From Fistulifera solaris (Eukaryota), in NCBI GenBank assembly GCA_030295235.1, contig AP026129.1, positions 806,001 through 870,000 on the forward strand: a stretch of 64,000 bases of DNA, written 5' to 3'. The stretch's first letter is position 1. The number at the start of each line of letters is the position of its first letter. Positions 39,039-50,932 of the stretch are shown here, piece by piece. The translations under genes were made by a program, and so were the position numbers. The notes beneath the pieces were generated by a model. It made no database searches and was not told the origin of the DNA. It saw only the letters and a program-made list of their open reading frames with translations.

Positions 39039-40463
39039 TCATCCCTTCTTGGAACGGAATTTACTCAGAAATCCTTTGCGTCTATCCATGGCTTCTTGTT
39101 GACCATCTTCCCACAGATGTGTTGGTGGAGGTCTAGGGTAAGCGGAACTGTCATCGTTCGATGTATCTGTTGACAAAGCGACCCGTTGACTCTGTTCGTC
39201 ATACGAATAAGACTGATTTTCACTGGCTAAAGAAACTTCTTGACTCATCGTTTGGGCGATATCCGGACTCGCCCATCCACGACGGCTGCTTTTCGAAGCA
39301 TTGTCGTCACTACTTTGCAGCATTTTGTTTTTGCGCGACGCGCGGCGGCGACTCTTGAGGCGTTGAAGATATCCCGTAGGCATGGAACCACCGCGTCCCG
39401 GACTCAACAATAAGAAGACAGCACCCGCTAAAAAGGCCACGGAAAGGAGCAAGAATGTCGCCGCCCGTGCCTTCGTTTCCTGATCTTGTACACTCAAGTT
39501 ACTACTGGTAACGCGGTCGATCGCTTGTTGGTACTTGCGTTGCTTGCCGTACGGGTCGGGGCAGTCGGGTTGCTGATACCAGCACGAATACGAGTTTTGC
39601 AGTAAGGACAAGGGAGATCCATTGTTGCCATTTTGCTGTTGTTGCTGTCCCTCTTGCTGCTGATTGTACGAATCGCCCCTCGCGTAGATTTGCACACATT
39701 TGGCCTTACTTGAGAGCAAATCATTAAATTCAGTTAACTCGTCGACGACTTCCTCTATAGTACCGGAACACGAGGATCCCGAAATTTGGGCTTTGACAAA
39801 GCGCTTGTTCTGGCAGATCGCCGCCACGCTGGTTTGATCTGCATTGTATTCGTAGTAGTACTTCTGATTCTCTCCTTGTTGTTGTTGCTGACCTTCATTC
39901 AAAAAACGATGTTGCTGCTGTCCTCCTTGAGCTTGGCAATTACTCGTCACCACTTGACTATTGCCATTGTTGTTATTATTATTGCCTTGATGTTCGCCCT
40001 CACCTCCGTTTTGTACGGCCGTGAAACCATCCACTCCCAAAGTCGCCAATACATTGGTAAAACCCGTAATCCCGTTATTTGTGTGCGCCGAAAGAATGTA
40101 GGTTGCTTTGGAACACCCCCGATCGCGATGTCCCTTCAAGACGCCGTGCAGCGTATACGCGACTTGCGCGCCCATCCGCGGCACACTTTTCAAATACCAC
40201 GTATCGGATTCATCCCCACCGCCATTGTTATTTTGCCCCAACACCTCCGACCACGCACATTCATGATATTGGACGTAAAGTTTCTCGAATTGATCAAGAT
40301 CTTCCAACACATTACTGGGTTCTTTCCAGTACATGGCATTGTGAGCCGTGTTGGGATTGACGACGCCTTCGGCGTAGTAAGTGTCATCCCGATTCGCGGC
40401 CGTACGCCATACTCCGGATACAGACAGAAGAAGCAATAACTGTGTTGTTGTGAAGCGGAACAT
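39039..40463 (-). CDS. Secreted Cys-rich, N/Q-rich single-pass membrane protein (diatom-type, unknown function)
   Basis: Intact 474-aa ORF with signal peptide, poly-N/poly-Q tracts, RxL motif (HRFL), TM AATFLLLSVAFLAGAVFLLL, and a basic cytosolic tail. Confidence 0.85.
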   Translation of the reverse strand: MFRFTTTQLLLLLSVSGVWRTAANRDDTYYAEGVVNPNTAHNAMYWKEPSNVLEDLDQFEKLYVQYHECAWSEVLGQNNNGGGDESDTWYLKSVPRMGAQVAYTLHGVLKGHRDRGCSKATYILSAHTNNGITGFTNVLATLGVDGFTAVQNGGEGEHQGNNNNNNGNSQVVTSNCQAQGGQQQHRFLNEGQQQQQGENQKYYYEYNADQTSVAAICQNKRFVKAQISGSSCSGTIEEVVDELTEFNDLLSSKAKCVQIYARGDSYNQQQEGQQQQQNGNNGSPLSLLQNSYSCWYQQPDCPDPYGKQRKYQQAIDRVTSSNLSVQDQETKARAATFLLLSVAFLAGAVFLLLSPGRGGSMPTGYLQRLKSRRRASRKNKMLQSSDDNASKSSRRGWASPDIAQTMSQEVSLASENQSYSYDEQSQRVALSTDTSNDDSSAYPRPPPTHLWEDGQQEAMDRRKGFLSKFRSKKG

Positions 40464-40989
40464 GGTGATTTGTTTTGCTCCAGTGGAATTATATGGATGG
40501 CAATGGTGGGCAGTGTAAAAATGGAGAAGATGCCACTTTGTGTGTTGATTACGTTATCGGACGAGATTGAAGTACAGATTATTTATACAGTCCTCTATAC
40601 TCCTTCCAAAAGTGTTGTCCAAATTCTTCGCTGATGGAGTGCCGCCCACTTTCCAGTGAAGTCTGAGCTCTCAACGCCCCATCGAGATATTCGTCATTTA
40701 AAGACAATTGACGTTTCAACGGAGTTTTGTCGAGTATTATTGCTAAGTAACCCAACGGTTCAATTCGATGTTTAGACAATAATTCCCGTTGAAACGGTTA
40801 CCGCTGGTAAAACAGCACCGAAAATAAAGTCGCCCGGACGCCTTTCCCCCCCCCCCTCTTCGTTATCCTCACTATTGTGCTGAAATCCATGTAAATACTT
40901 GTTGGCATCACACGTTGAGTATAATAACTTAACCATTCCATTTTCCAGCGAAACAACGAAACAAGCTTAAATTTCTTTGTATTCTCAAA

Positions 40990-42477
40990 ATGAGGTTCGA
41001 TTCAATGAAATCCGTCTTGTTCACATGGCTGCTTTCGTCATTAACGAGAATCATCGCCGTGGAAGACTTTGCTCGTCTGTTGAACGACGCCTCTTCATCA
41101 CAAGTCGACTCGTTTTTCGTTGATTCGGCCAATACTTATTACGATGGCTATCAACAAGCGTGGCGTTATCTGGGATTCTACGTGGACTGTTATACGAAAG
41201 AAGGAACAAAAGTGTGTCAGCGATATCTGCTGTGGGCAGCGGTACGTTAATGGATGAAGAACGGGCTTAGCTTTGTTTATTTCAACAGCACTCTCACACA
41301 CTTCCCTTACAAACTTGTATTGCTACACAGTACGTCGATTTAGATTATGAAGGTGGAGGTATTGGTGAATATCAGTACTACAACGTCAATAGCAACACAT
41401 GGGACGACTCGGCTTGTGAGCTTCGTCACAACAATGAAAAGCGTTGCGCCAAAATGGATTGCCATCAACCCGATACGACCCACTGGAAATTGATGGGTTA
41501 TTTCCGTAACTACGATTATTATGATTTCTTTGAACAACTCTTCAAGCATGAGGGATACTGTATCTGGAATGATGGAGATTTGACCGATTTTATGTACGGC
41601 AACTACAATTCTTGGCCGCAGGGATGCACCGCCACCAATGCGTATTCTGAGTTGGATGAAGCGCAATTATTATATTATGATATCAAGCCCACTGCCGATG
41701 CCAACATGACGCTGGGCTTGTATACGGATTCGGCGTGTTCCGTCGAGTACATGGGGAATCAAACCGTCGACGATCTGTTGCAACAGCAACAACAGCATCA
41801 AGGTGGTCACCGTGAACTCCGCGGTGGGTTGTTGTTGGGAGAGTATCTTCAAAAGTGGAACGACGCGTTGAGTGTCTACAAAGTTTGCCAGCCGTGTCGT
41901 GCTTACAACCTTTACGCTGATCAGGGAGGCCGACGACAACGTGAACTCAATAACAACAACGCCAACGATGGCTACTTTGAATGCAATGACATTGCAGGAT
42001 ACACAGGTGCGTATCCACAGAGATAGTTTACGTTATGCGCGGAATCCAGTAGCAAGTTCACTCACTGTTCCTTTCCCTGCAGATGTCAACCAATGCATGA
42101 AATTCCGAACCAAAACAAACATGGCGTATGCTCCTCTTTATGAAGTACATAAGGCAACACAACAGGGTGGACTGCTCTCCACCGCACTAGACGGCCAAAC
42201 AGTCTTGGGGCATCCAGTCAGTAGCACAGCGGAGGCTCATAAGCAAATGAACCGATACGCCGAAGACGAAATGTTCTTACAAGTATCGCGATGGATGTTA
42301 ATCTTGTCGGCGATCTGCTTATTTAGTGTTTGGGTGTGGCGCATGTGGCGCAACTCGGTTCAGCGCAACGCCCAGAAAAAGTTACGACAACCTTTAGTCG
42401 ACGCGGACGCTTCGATCGTAACACCACCACGTGTGACACGGACACCCTCCAGCAGCAAGCAAATGTATTCCGTTTAA
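40990..42477 (+). CDS. Secreted Cys-rich single-pass membrane protein with RxL motifs (diatom-type, unknown function), 3 exons
   Basis: Introns 41242-41330 and 42007-42082 give YYDGYQQAWRYLGFYVDC, LWAAYVD...GGGIGEYQ, RCAKMDCH, FEQLFKHEG, CQPC, AGYTDVNQCMKF. TM WMLILSAICLFSVWVW. Confidence 0.85.
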
Positions 42478-42598
42478 AAGAGAAGACAAGACATAAACCA
42501 CTCGCTCGACGAAAAATCATTCTCTTTTGAAAACTTAAAAGATAGATCTTTACTTTATTCATGATAGCTTTGTTTCTTGTTGCCTTTAGCCTCCTATT

Positions 42599-43018
42599 CT
42601 ATTCTTTACATTCCGTCACTTTGACGTATTTATCATTCACTAGCTGATAAAATTGCTTACACCGCACAAATTGCCCTCGATCGATGTTGCCATATGCATC
42701 CACACCGCCTTTCCGCCTGGTATTGGCAGTCGACAGACCCGCTCGTTCACAGGCTTGGCCGCGTTGCGGTGATGGTTGTCCAAATTTGCACAGAGCCTCG
42801 TCGGCAGTCATTTCTTTCTTGTCGGTCGTGCTCGACAGTTCTCTCTCGGCGAAGGCATCCATATCCAGAACAGCTTGAGCAGGTTGCGGCATAATCAACC
42901 CGGTCAACATGCTGGTGCTTGCTGTCGTCGAAAGGAGCCATTGTCGTCGACTTAGCATCCAAGCGTCAGCATGATGAAGTAGACAACAAAAGGAAAGTGA
43001 CAGGAAGAGACGCGTCAT
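42599..43018 (-). CDS. Small putative thylakoid-lumen protein
   Basis: Signal peptide ADA-W, twin-arginine SRRQWL, hydrophobic stretch and AQA cleavage site. Mature part has 4 Cys. Confidence 0.75.
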   Translation of the reverse strand: MTRLFLSLSFCCLLHHADAWMLSRRQWLLSTTASTSMLTGLIMPQPAQAVLDMDAFAERELSSTTDKKEMTADEALCKFGQPSPQRGQACERAGLSTANTRRKGGVDAYGNIDRGQFVRCKQFYQLVNDKYVKVTECKE

Positions 43019-43618
43019 TCAATTATTATCTCTCTTATATTTTGACTTCAAAGGGCACTCAAAACATTACCTTCTTTTGAATATAGTCTTTACGTTTAGC
43101 CACGAAGCACTTAAAATTTACAAGTGAGAAGAGTGAGCTCGAGATTGTGAGTCAGAAAAAGGGTGCAAAAAGCAAAAGAAATCGTGTAGACTAGTCTACT
43201 TGAGGGGTAAGGTTTTATCCATTGTAAACGGCTCCGCCGACCTCCGACGACTCACTTGGTTTTCAGTCCCCAAAAACCTTTGCATTCCTTCCAAAGACAA
43301 CCTAATTGCAACGTGTTTGGTGCTGTCTTTGACAAAAGATTCATTTCATTGATATATAACAATTTCAATGTTTTTGCTATAATAATGCGTTCAGAATGAA
43401 TCATCACACCCGTCGTCTTTCTCGTGAAGCTATGTCTTCGTATTTAACTCCGCCGCGCTGCAAACGACGACAATGGCGATGAAGATCGATGAATGAAAAT
43501 GAGATTTGCAAAGAGTTCAAAGCTCATTGGGTCATTAATACGTCTACAAAAGGATAAAGCATGAAGTATTCTGTAAGAATGCTATGTTATATGGAACTAC
43601 CGGTAGAGTTGGGAATCA

Positions 43619-46037
43619 TTAAAGACTGCGCTGCATCCTCTGGACATCCAACAACGAGTCGCGTAGACCTTTGATCTGGCCTTCAATTTCGGCAATTCTG
43701 TGAGCTACGTCCGCATTCGGCTGCGTCAATTCTTCCCAGTTCGCTTCATTGATGCGGGACATCAAAGTGCTACGCAAGGATTTTTTGAACCCTTCGTACA
43801 AATGATGATTCAATTGAAACTTGCACACAATCAAATTGAACTCGGACATGGCGAGAATGTACTCAAAAGAACGCTCGAGAATCATTTCCGTCTCTTCTTC
43901 GGTAATCATGGCGGTACGCTGATCCGGTAAAAACGATTTTTTCTCAGTCGCATGCTTCTTGTGCTTTTCACGAACCAGCTGGGTCACATCCTTGAAGCTT
44001 TGAAACCAAGTCTTCTTTTTCTTCTTTTTCACCGTTTTCGAGCTCTTGCTTCGAAACCTTGCAATAGTCGAGAAGGTTAGGATCAATGGTGGAGTACATG
44101 GGCTCCATCGACGAGTTCAATTCGCTGGAGGCTTTTACCAAAAGATCCCAGAGCATTTCATCGAACTCTCCCACCAAGAAGCGTTCGAGTCCTGTAGGAA
44201 TCAACTGGAACTCAGCAGAGAACTCTTCTCCTTGACGCACATCATTTAAAGCCACCATAAATAAGCGGCGGAAGATGCACCCTACGTGCTTCACAATAAA
44301 GTTCATGCCCGGTTCCGAAACATCTTTCAAGCAAACGCGAGTGATTTCCACCATGGCGCGCTCCCAGTTCTCATGCTGCAAACCACCGCAGAGATATCCG
44401 GTCACATTCGCTACTTGATCTTTCAATTCAAACGGGTCAGGAAGAGCGTCGATCATAATGACGCGAAAGAACTCGAGGGCGCGTTGGTACTGTTTGCCAC
44501 CGAGGAAGAGCTGATCGGCTTGAATCTGGTCGGGAAGTTCTTCCAGTTTCGCCATGCGATCACGCCATCCATCTTCCTTGGCTGTATGGATATTGAGCTC
44601 TCGGTCGCACCACTCCGAGTCTTCTTCTTCATCAAGCTCGTCATGAAGTGTCTGAAGCTTGTCGGGAAACTTCTGGCCTACTTCGAGATTTCCATCCAAG
44701 TATGACTGGATTTTCTCTTGAATACGGAATAGCATACGATTCACAACATTGCGAAGGTTCTTCGGGTCACTGAGATTCTGACGGTCCTTGAGAAGCTTGA
44801 GTTCCTTTTGGCACCGGAGCAAATCTGCTCGCAACGATGCTAGAACTTCGGGGAGACGCTGAACGGTATCCTTCAACATGATTTCTCTCATAACTTTCTT
44901 GGCAGTCTTGAATCCAATGCGCTTTGCCGTTTCCGGGTTCAATGTATCATTGTCTCCATGATCGATACGGAACTGCTCCTGTCCCATGATCCAGTTTTCG
45001 AAACGATCTTTCTCGTACGCATCAGCGTTCTGAATCAATGTCATGCGGTGCTGGAACAATACGTCGTGCGGCAGGTTTTCCTTAGAAAGAGTGGGTGTAA
45101 TAACCAGGTGCGGATAGCACTTGTTCTCAAAAAATTCCTGGAAAAAGTTGTTTGCCTTGGACGCGGTTCGGACATCTTCTTGCTGCTTGTCAAACTTGGT
45201 CATTAGGAAAGTGGCGTCGTTGATCCACTTGTCTCTTCCACCGAGACTCTCATCACAAAACTGAACGATCGGGTTTGTGGCGAATTCCGTTGGCTCAAGA
45301 AGCACACAAAGCTTCGTGTTGGTCTTTTTCATCTCACTGCGAAGAATGGTCTTGATGTCTTCACGGTTGTCTTTACCAGTGCTCTTGTTTGCAATGATAC
45401 CGGGTGTATCTACAAACCGCATGTTTTGGACGTTATTAGCGCGATACACCAGACAGATGGGCTTCGTACTGAATCGATCCTCGTTACCAAGCATCATGGT
45501 GTGCGCGTTGATGCGCTTGAAGACTTCGTCGACAGGTAAATCCTTTCCATGAAACGTATCTTGCAGCTCCTCGCCCCAAAGTTCGCACGATGGCTCCACT
45601 TTCGTGCTGTCGTGGATGCACGTCGTATCCAAAGGGCACCGAGTACCTGTTCCTGCTTGCACAATGTTAAGGACCGAGTTGAGGAAGCGCTCCATAATAG
45701 TACTCTTTCCAGCGCTTTGCATGCCGCAAAAGACAAAGGTCATGAACGGCGCGGGGCGCTTGAGTAAGTCTTGGTAGACTCGGTTCACTTTGGCGACAAA
45801 CTGAAGCAAATCATCTTCGTTACGACTGAGCAACGACGAGAACTTCTCATCGGCCAATTCTTCGACGTTTACGCGGGCGCGTTGCGATCCTCCAATGTCC
45901 TTGCCCCCCTTCGACTTTCTCGCATTGCGCTTCTTCTTACGCTCTTCAGCGGTCAGAACTTCTTTGATGGGCTTTCGCACATAGTCATCACTCTCGACCA
46001 AGTCTTGTTTCTTTTCCTCTCCTTCTTCGTCATACAT
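43619..46037 (-). CDS. Dynamin-superfamily GTPase, DRP5/ARC5-like
   Basis: G1 GMQSAGKST, G2 GTRCP, G3 DTPG, G4 TKFD. LFLGGKQYQRA resembles the DRP5 LYGGAQY motif. One A-run indel near 44018. Confidence 0.88.
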
Positions 46038-46147
46038 GGTGATTTGCACAAAAGGAGTTGTTGCGTGCAATGGCTTGGAACTTTCGATTTGAGTTGCTGA
46101 ATTGTGATCACTCAATTGGTTTGTGCCCTGTAAGGTTCAAGTATCTG

Positions 46148-46400
46148 ATACACTTGAAAGTTTTTAGCGGCCAATGAAATACGGCCAACAAGTCGACGAT
46201 GATGATGTGGTTACGCCGCCGCGTTAGAATGAACCAGTATCTGGACACGGCGTTAAAATTCTGCATCGTCGTGGACGCTCCGTAGAAGCTTGTACTGGAG
46301 GCAGAATTTTAACGTCCTTTCCTATACACTTGGAAATTTTCAGCGGCCAATGAAATACGGCCAACAAGTCGACGATGATGATGTGGTTACGCCGCCGCGT
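46148..46400. repeat. 77-bp direct repeat pair (46148-46224, 46324-46400) upstream of the dynamin gene
   Basis: The 59-bp core AGCGGCCAATGAAATACGGCCAACAAGTCGACGATGATGATGTGGTTACGCCGCCGCGT is identical in both copies. Confidence 0.95.
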
Positions 46401-46694
46401 GCCGTTAAGTACCAGTAAGGTTTTGGTGGTCCCGCCGTCATGGTGCACTCACAAAAATCAGTTGCCTTCGTAGACCGCATACCGTGAGATCAGAGGGTAT
46501 CTTATCTCCCTTATGAGTATCCATTAATGATAGTCTTCCTACCGCATTTTACGTGCAAAATTAGATGCGGCAATTGATAATGGGGAACGACAAACGTAAG
46601 ATGAGAACCGCATATTCGAAGTATTAAGGTCACATCATGAAGATTTACTCCGGTTTTTATGGATTGTCTGTATAGTCATGAGACTCGCGAACAT

Positions 46695-49006
46695 TTAACG
46701 GAATTTACGCTGAATTCTCTGGGCATTCGACAGTGACTCGCACAAGCCTCTGATTTGGTTTTCTACGTCGGTGATTTGGTGAGCAAGGTCCGCATTAGGT
46801 TCAGTCAAGATTTCCCAAATGGCTTCATCGTCGCTGGACACGAAAGTGCAACGCAGACTCTTTTCAAATGCTTCGTACAAATGATGATCGCATTGAAATT
46901 TGCAAAGAACCAAGTTGACTTGTGTCATCCCGTGAATATAATTGGAAGCACTTTTCAGAATCATATCTGCCTCGTATTCCGTTATCATGGCGGTACGCTG
47001 ATCGGGCATGAACGAGTTTTTTTGCTTAAGGTTCAGTTCATTGAATGCCTTAGTAGCGACGTCCTTAAAGTTCTCAAACCAAGGCTTTGTTGTTTCTTTG
47101 TTTTCAAGATCCCCTGGATGCATGATCCTATAGTTAAGAAGATTTGCTTGATGGTAGAATGCATGGGTTCAATGAAAGATTTGAGGTCACTTGATGCTTG
47201 AACCATAAGATCCCAGAGCATCTCATCAAACTCTCCGACGAGAAAATTCTCAAGTCCCGTTGGAATTGGAAAGCTCCTCCCCATTCCGTATGTCTTCCAA
47301 CGCAATCATGAACAATCGCCGAAATATACACCCGACGTGCTTAACAAAGAAATTTAATCCAGGTCTGCAAGCATCTTTCAGACACTTGCGAACATTTTTC
47401 ACCGTGCCGCGTTCCCAGTTTTCATGTTGCAGTCCATCGCGCAAATAGCTGCATGAATTGGGAACTTGAGCTTTCAGCTCAGATGTGCTGGGAAGGCCGC
47501 TAAGCATAACATAACGAAAGAACGAGAAGGCGCGTCGATATTGCTTACCACCAAGGAAAAGCTGACCTGGTTGTATCCCATCCAGAAATTCAGAAAGTTC
47601 GTCGATACGGGCGCGCCAAGCATTGTCCTCCTCTGTAGTAGCTACAAGTCCGCTCTCGCGCCACTCGGCGTTATTCTCCTCATGGGACTCATCTTCAAGT
47701 GTCTGAAGCTCGACGGAAAAATTTTGGCCTATTTCGAGATCTCCGTCCAGGTAAGTTTGTTTTTTTTTGTAAATCGACTCACGCATTCGTTTTACGACTT
47801 TCCGAAGGTACACTTTGGGTCGCTCAGTCTTTGCCGGTCTTGAAAAATCTTTATCTCGTTTTCGCATCGGCCTAAATTAGTGCACAAGGATTCCATAACT
47901 TCCGGAAGTCTTTTTGCGGTATCTTTTGTCAAAATTTCTCGCATTTCTTCTTAGCTGCATTAAATCCAATCCGCTTTGTCGTTTCCAGGTCCAAAATCTC
48001 ATTGTCATCATTTTCTTTACGGAACTGCTCTTATTTCTGCCAGCCAAGTAGCAAATCTTTCCTTTTAATTCGCGTCAGCGGTCTCAATCAGTTTCATGCG
48101 ATGCTGGAAGAGTACGTCGGTGGCAAGGGCGTAATTACAAGATGCGGATAGCACTTGTTATTAAAATATTCCCGAAAGAAATTGTTTGCTTTGGATGCGG
48201 TTCGGACATCTTCCAGTTGCTTGTCAAATTTGGTCATGAGGAAAGCGGCGTCGTCGATCCAATTGTCCCTTCCGCCGAAATTCTCGTCACAGAACTGAAT
48301 GATCGGGTTCGTGGCGAGCTCAGTTGGCTCGAGAAGTACACAAAGCTTGGTGTTGGTGTTGGTGTTGGTGTTGGAGTCTTTCATCTTTTTGCGAAGAATT
48401 TCCTTGATGTCGCCGCGCTTGTTTTTACCGATGCTCTTGTTCGCAATGATACCAGGTGTATCCACAAAGCGCATGTTCTGGACGTTACTGGCTCGATATA
48501 CCAAATAGATATGCTCCGTACTGAACTTGTCTTTCGCTCGCAAGCTTCATGGTATGGGCATTGATGCGCTTGAAGACTTCGTCGACCGATAAATCCTTTC
48601 CGCGGAAAGATTCTTGGAGCTCCGATCCCGATAGTTCGCACGATGGCACAATCTTCCTGCTATCGTGAATGCAGGTTGTATCCAAGGGGAACCGGGTTCC
48701 TGGTCCTCCTTGCACGATGTTGAGTACTGAGTTCAAAAACCGTTCCATTATAATACTTTTCCAGCACTTTGCATTCCATAGAAGACGAAGGTCATACAAG
48801 GCGCAGGGCGTTTCAACAGGTCTTGGTAAAACTCCGTTCACGCAGGCTACAACCTGCAGTAATTCTTCTTCATTCCGACTCAACAATGTTGAAAGGTTAT
48901 CACCGGTCCTTTGAACGCTTGAGCGGTCGCGCAAATGCTTCTCATTTTCCTTGCCCCCTTTCGACCTTTTTGCTTTGTCTCGATTTTCTTGGTCTGCATC
49001 AGCCAT
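46695..49006 (-). pseudogene. Degenerate tandem paralog of the DRP5-like dynamin
   Basis: Colinear with 43619-46037 (MERFLNSVLNIVQ, FVDTPGIIANKS, FLMTKFDKQ, LQHENWER, PDQRTAMIT). Carries many frameshifts, a deletion after ITP, and substitution-derived TAA codons at 48065-48067 and 48031-48033. Confidence 0.88.
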
Positions 49007-49454
49007 TTTACAGTCTTCTTACAATTGACTGTCCATCTGCCTAAACGAATCCAATTCAACAAGAGTAAGGAAAACGCTCAATGGCTTACCAGACCGTGAT
49101 AAAATGAGATAAAACATACGAGACATGGTTGGCGATTCGCAATGATGTCAGCACAAGATGATTTCATGCGACATAGGTAAAGATCGTAGAAAGGAAGTGG
49201 TTTCGTGGAGGAGGCGCGTCCATGGTCACTAACGCGACTTATTGTAAGCCTAGCGATTCATTCATTCTTTGCCGGGTTTATCTCCGATTTCAGTCATTTC
49301 TGATTTGTGTCGACTTTTCCTCGCGATATATCGTTTAGTATGTATTTACTTGTTTTTCACTACGGACTTTAAACTAGACGTAGCTTATCAAAATGAGTCG
49401 TTCCGACGTATCTCTAATACTATAAGAAGTTAAAGTCGCTGACCGACTAAAACC

Positions 49455-50351
49455 TTATCCCATAATGAGACGTACAAAGATCACGGCATAAACAGCAATA
49501 CTTATCTGTAGCGCATCCGCACCCAAGTGATTCGCCGCAGGGACCGAAAGCCAGCCTCCGATCCAGAAACTGGCCGCCACCATGGCAAAGACTCTCAACT
49601 TTTCGGCATTCGCCAAGTTTCCACGCAAAATCTGTCCCATGAACGTGCCCATATCGGAAGTAATACCCGAGAAATGCGCCGATCGCAACAAGTTACCAGC
49701 CGCCAGTTGGGAAGTCCAACTGTTGGTGATACCGGTCGCGAGGGCGAGCAAGATCCACGTCGGCAATGGCTCGAGTTCGAGCGAATGCGCCGCAGCCACC
49801 AACAATCCTGCCACCAACAGCGGTAGGGCATTCTCGATCCCGTTCGGATTCAAGATTCCGTTCAAGGACGAACCTCCCATGTAACTGAGAATGACACTGA
49901 CTTGTGTTTGTAAGAGGCTGTGATCCATTTTGGCCGCCGCCATGGCCGATGTTGTCCACGCGCCCGTCACGGCCGAAACAGCTTGTTTGGTAGCCTTGAG
50001 AGCACCTCCCAGAGCGAGTCCGTTCATGAAGCCATTGTTGGCTGCCAAGATGCATCCCATGAGAATGAGATTGTTGCGGGACGGCAATTTTATGACACCG
50101 GTCGGAATGTGAATCGATAATTTGCCGATGGGCGGGGTAGGAGAAGACGTAGGAGCGTACACGGTCTCGGGTATCGAAGGAATTGGTGGATGTTTGGGAA
50201 TGCTACTTCCATAAATATTGCTGGGAAGTTGTTCCACGGTCTCTGGCGAAATTACTTTCAGAGGTTGTTGTTGTTGAGTGTACGAGCTATCGGCAGAAAC
50301 AGCCCCGATCGCGAGCGATGCGAGCAAAGTACGGCAAAGAATTGGCTTCAT
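49455..50351 (-). CDS. DUF1275/YoaK-family membrane protein with signal peptide and Pro-rich linker
   Basis: LAANNGFMNG, VSAVTGAWT, SYMGGS, LRSAHFSGITSDMG, FWIGG. About 6-7 hydrophobic segments. Confidence 0.75.
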   Translation of the reverse strand: MKPILCRTLLASLAIGAVSADSSYTQQQQPLKVISPETVEQLPSNIYGSSIPKHPPIPSIPETVYAPTSSPTPPIGKLSIHIPTGVIKLPSRNNLILMGCILAANNGFMNGLALGGALKATKQAVSAVTGAWTTSAMAAAKMDHSLLQTQVSVILSYMGGSSLNGILNPNGIENALPLLVAGLLVAAAHSLELEPLPTWILLALATGITNSWTSQLAAGNLLRSAHFSGITSDMGTFMGQILRGNLANAEKLRVFAMVAASFWIGGWLSVPAANHLGADALQISIAVYAVIFVRLIMG

Positions 50352-50525
50352 TCTTAATGTAGCTTGATGATGAGCAGCACAGATAGGCAATAGACGGAAT
50401 GGACTGCTTTTTGTTTAACACGAATGTAGTTTTCACAAAAGAAAGATCGCAAGAAATGAGAGACAACACCAAGAATAAAGCGTGCCAAAAACTCTTGCGA
50501 GACGAGGTGTCATCTTGAAGTCTGA

Positions 50526-50615
50526 TGACGTGTGTGAACTACGTCATAATGACGTGTCCACTCTTTAAGTCACGAGTCACAAGACTCAACCCCTCCTTTG
50601 ACGTGGGCTTGACGA
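50526..50615. promoter_or_regulatory. Cluster of TGACGT boxes (bZIP-type: CCRE/Aureo-box-like) in the DUF1275-urease divergent promoter
   Basis: TGACGT at 50526, 50550 and 50599, ACGTCA at 50541, plus TGACGA at 50610. Confidence 0.55.
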
Positions 50616-50932
50616 ATAGAGTTACGAGATACACTCTAGATACCACGAAATCATTTTCTTCTTCTTCCTTCGCAAACTTGGGAGTTTTCAAATTGAACAA
50701 TGCAGGAAACAAGGAAACAAGTGTTGGCTGAAACAGGGTATCAGATCATAAGTACACAATGGGAACCGGTACTCGCGACCTCATCCGCAACGTGCCCTCG
50801 TAGCAAAACATCATACGGAAAAATCTTTTCTTGAATCATCCATCAAAATTAAACATCATTCACCAAACAAATACTTGTCATAGGAAATCACCATACTCTT
50901 TGTTCCTACTTAGAATTCACTTCATTCACACC

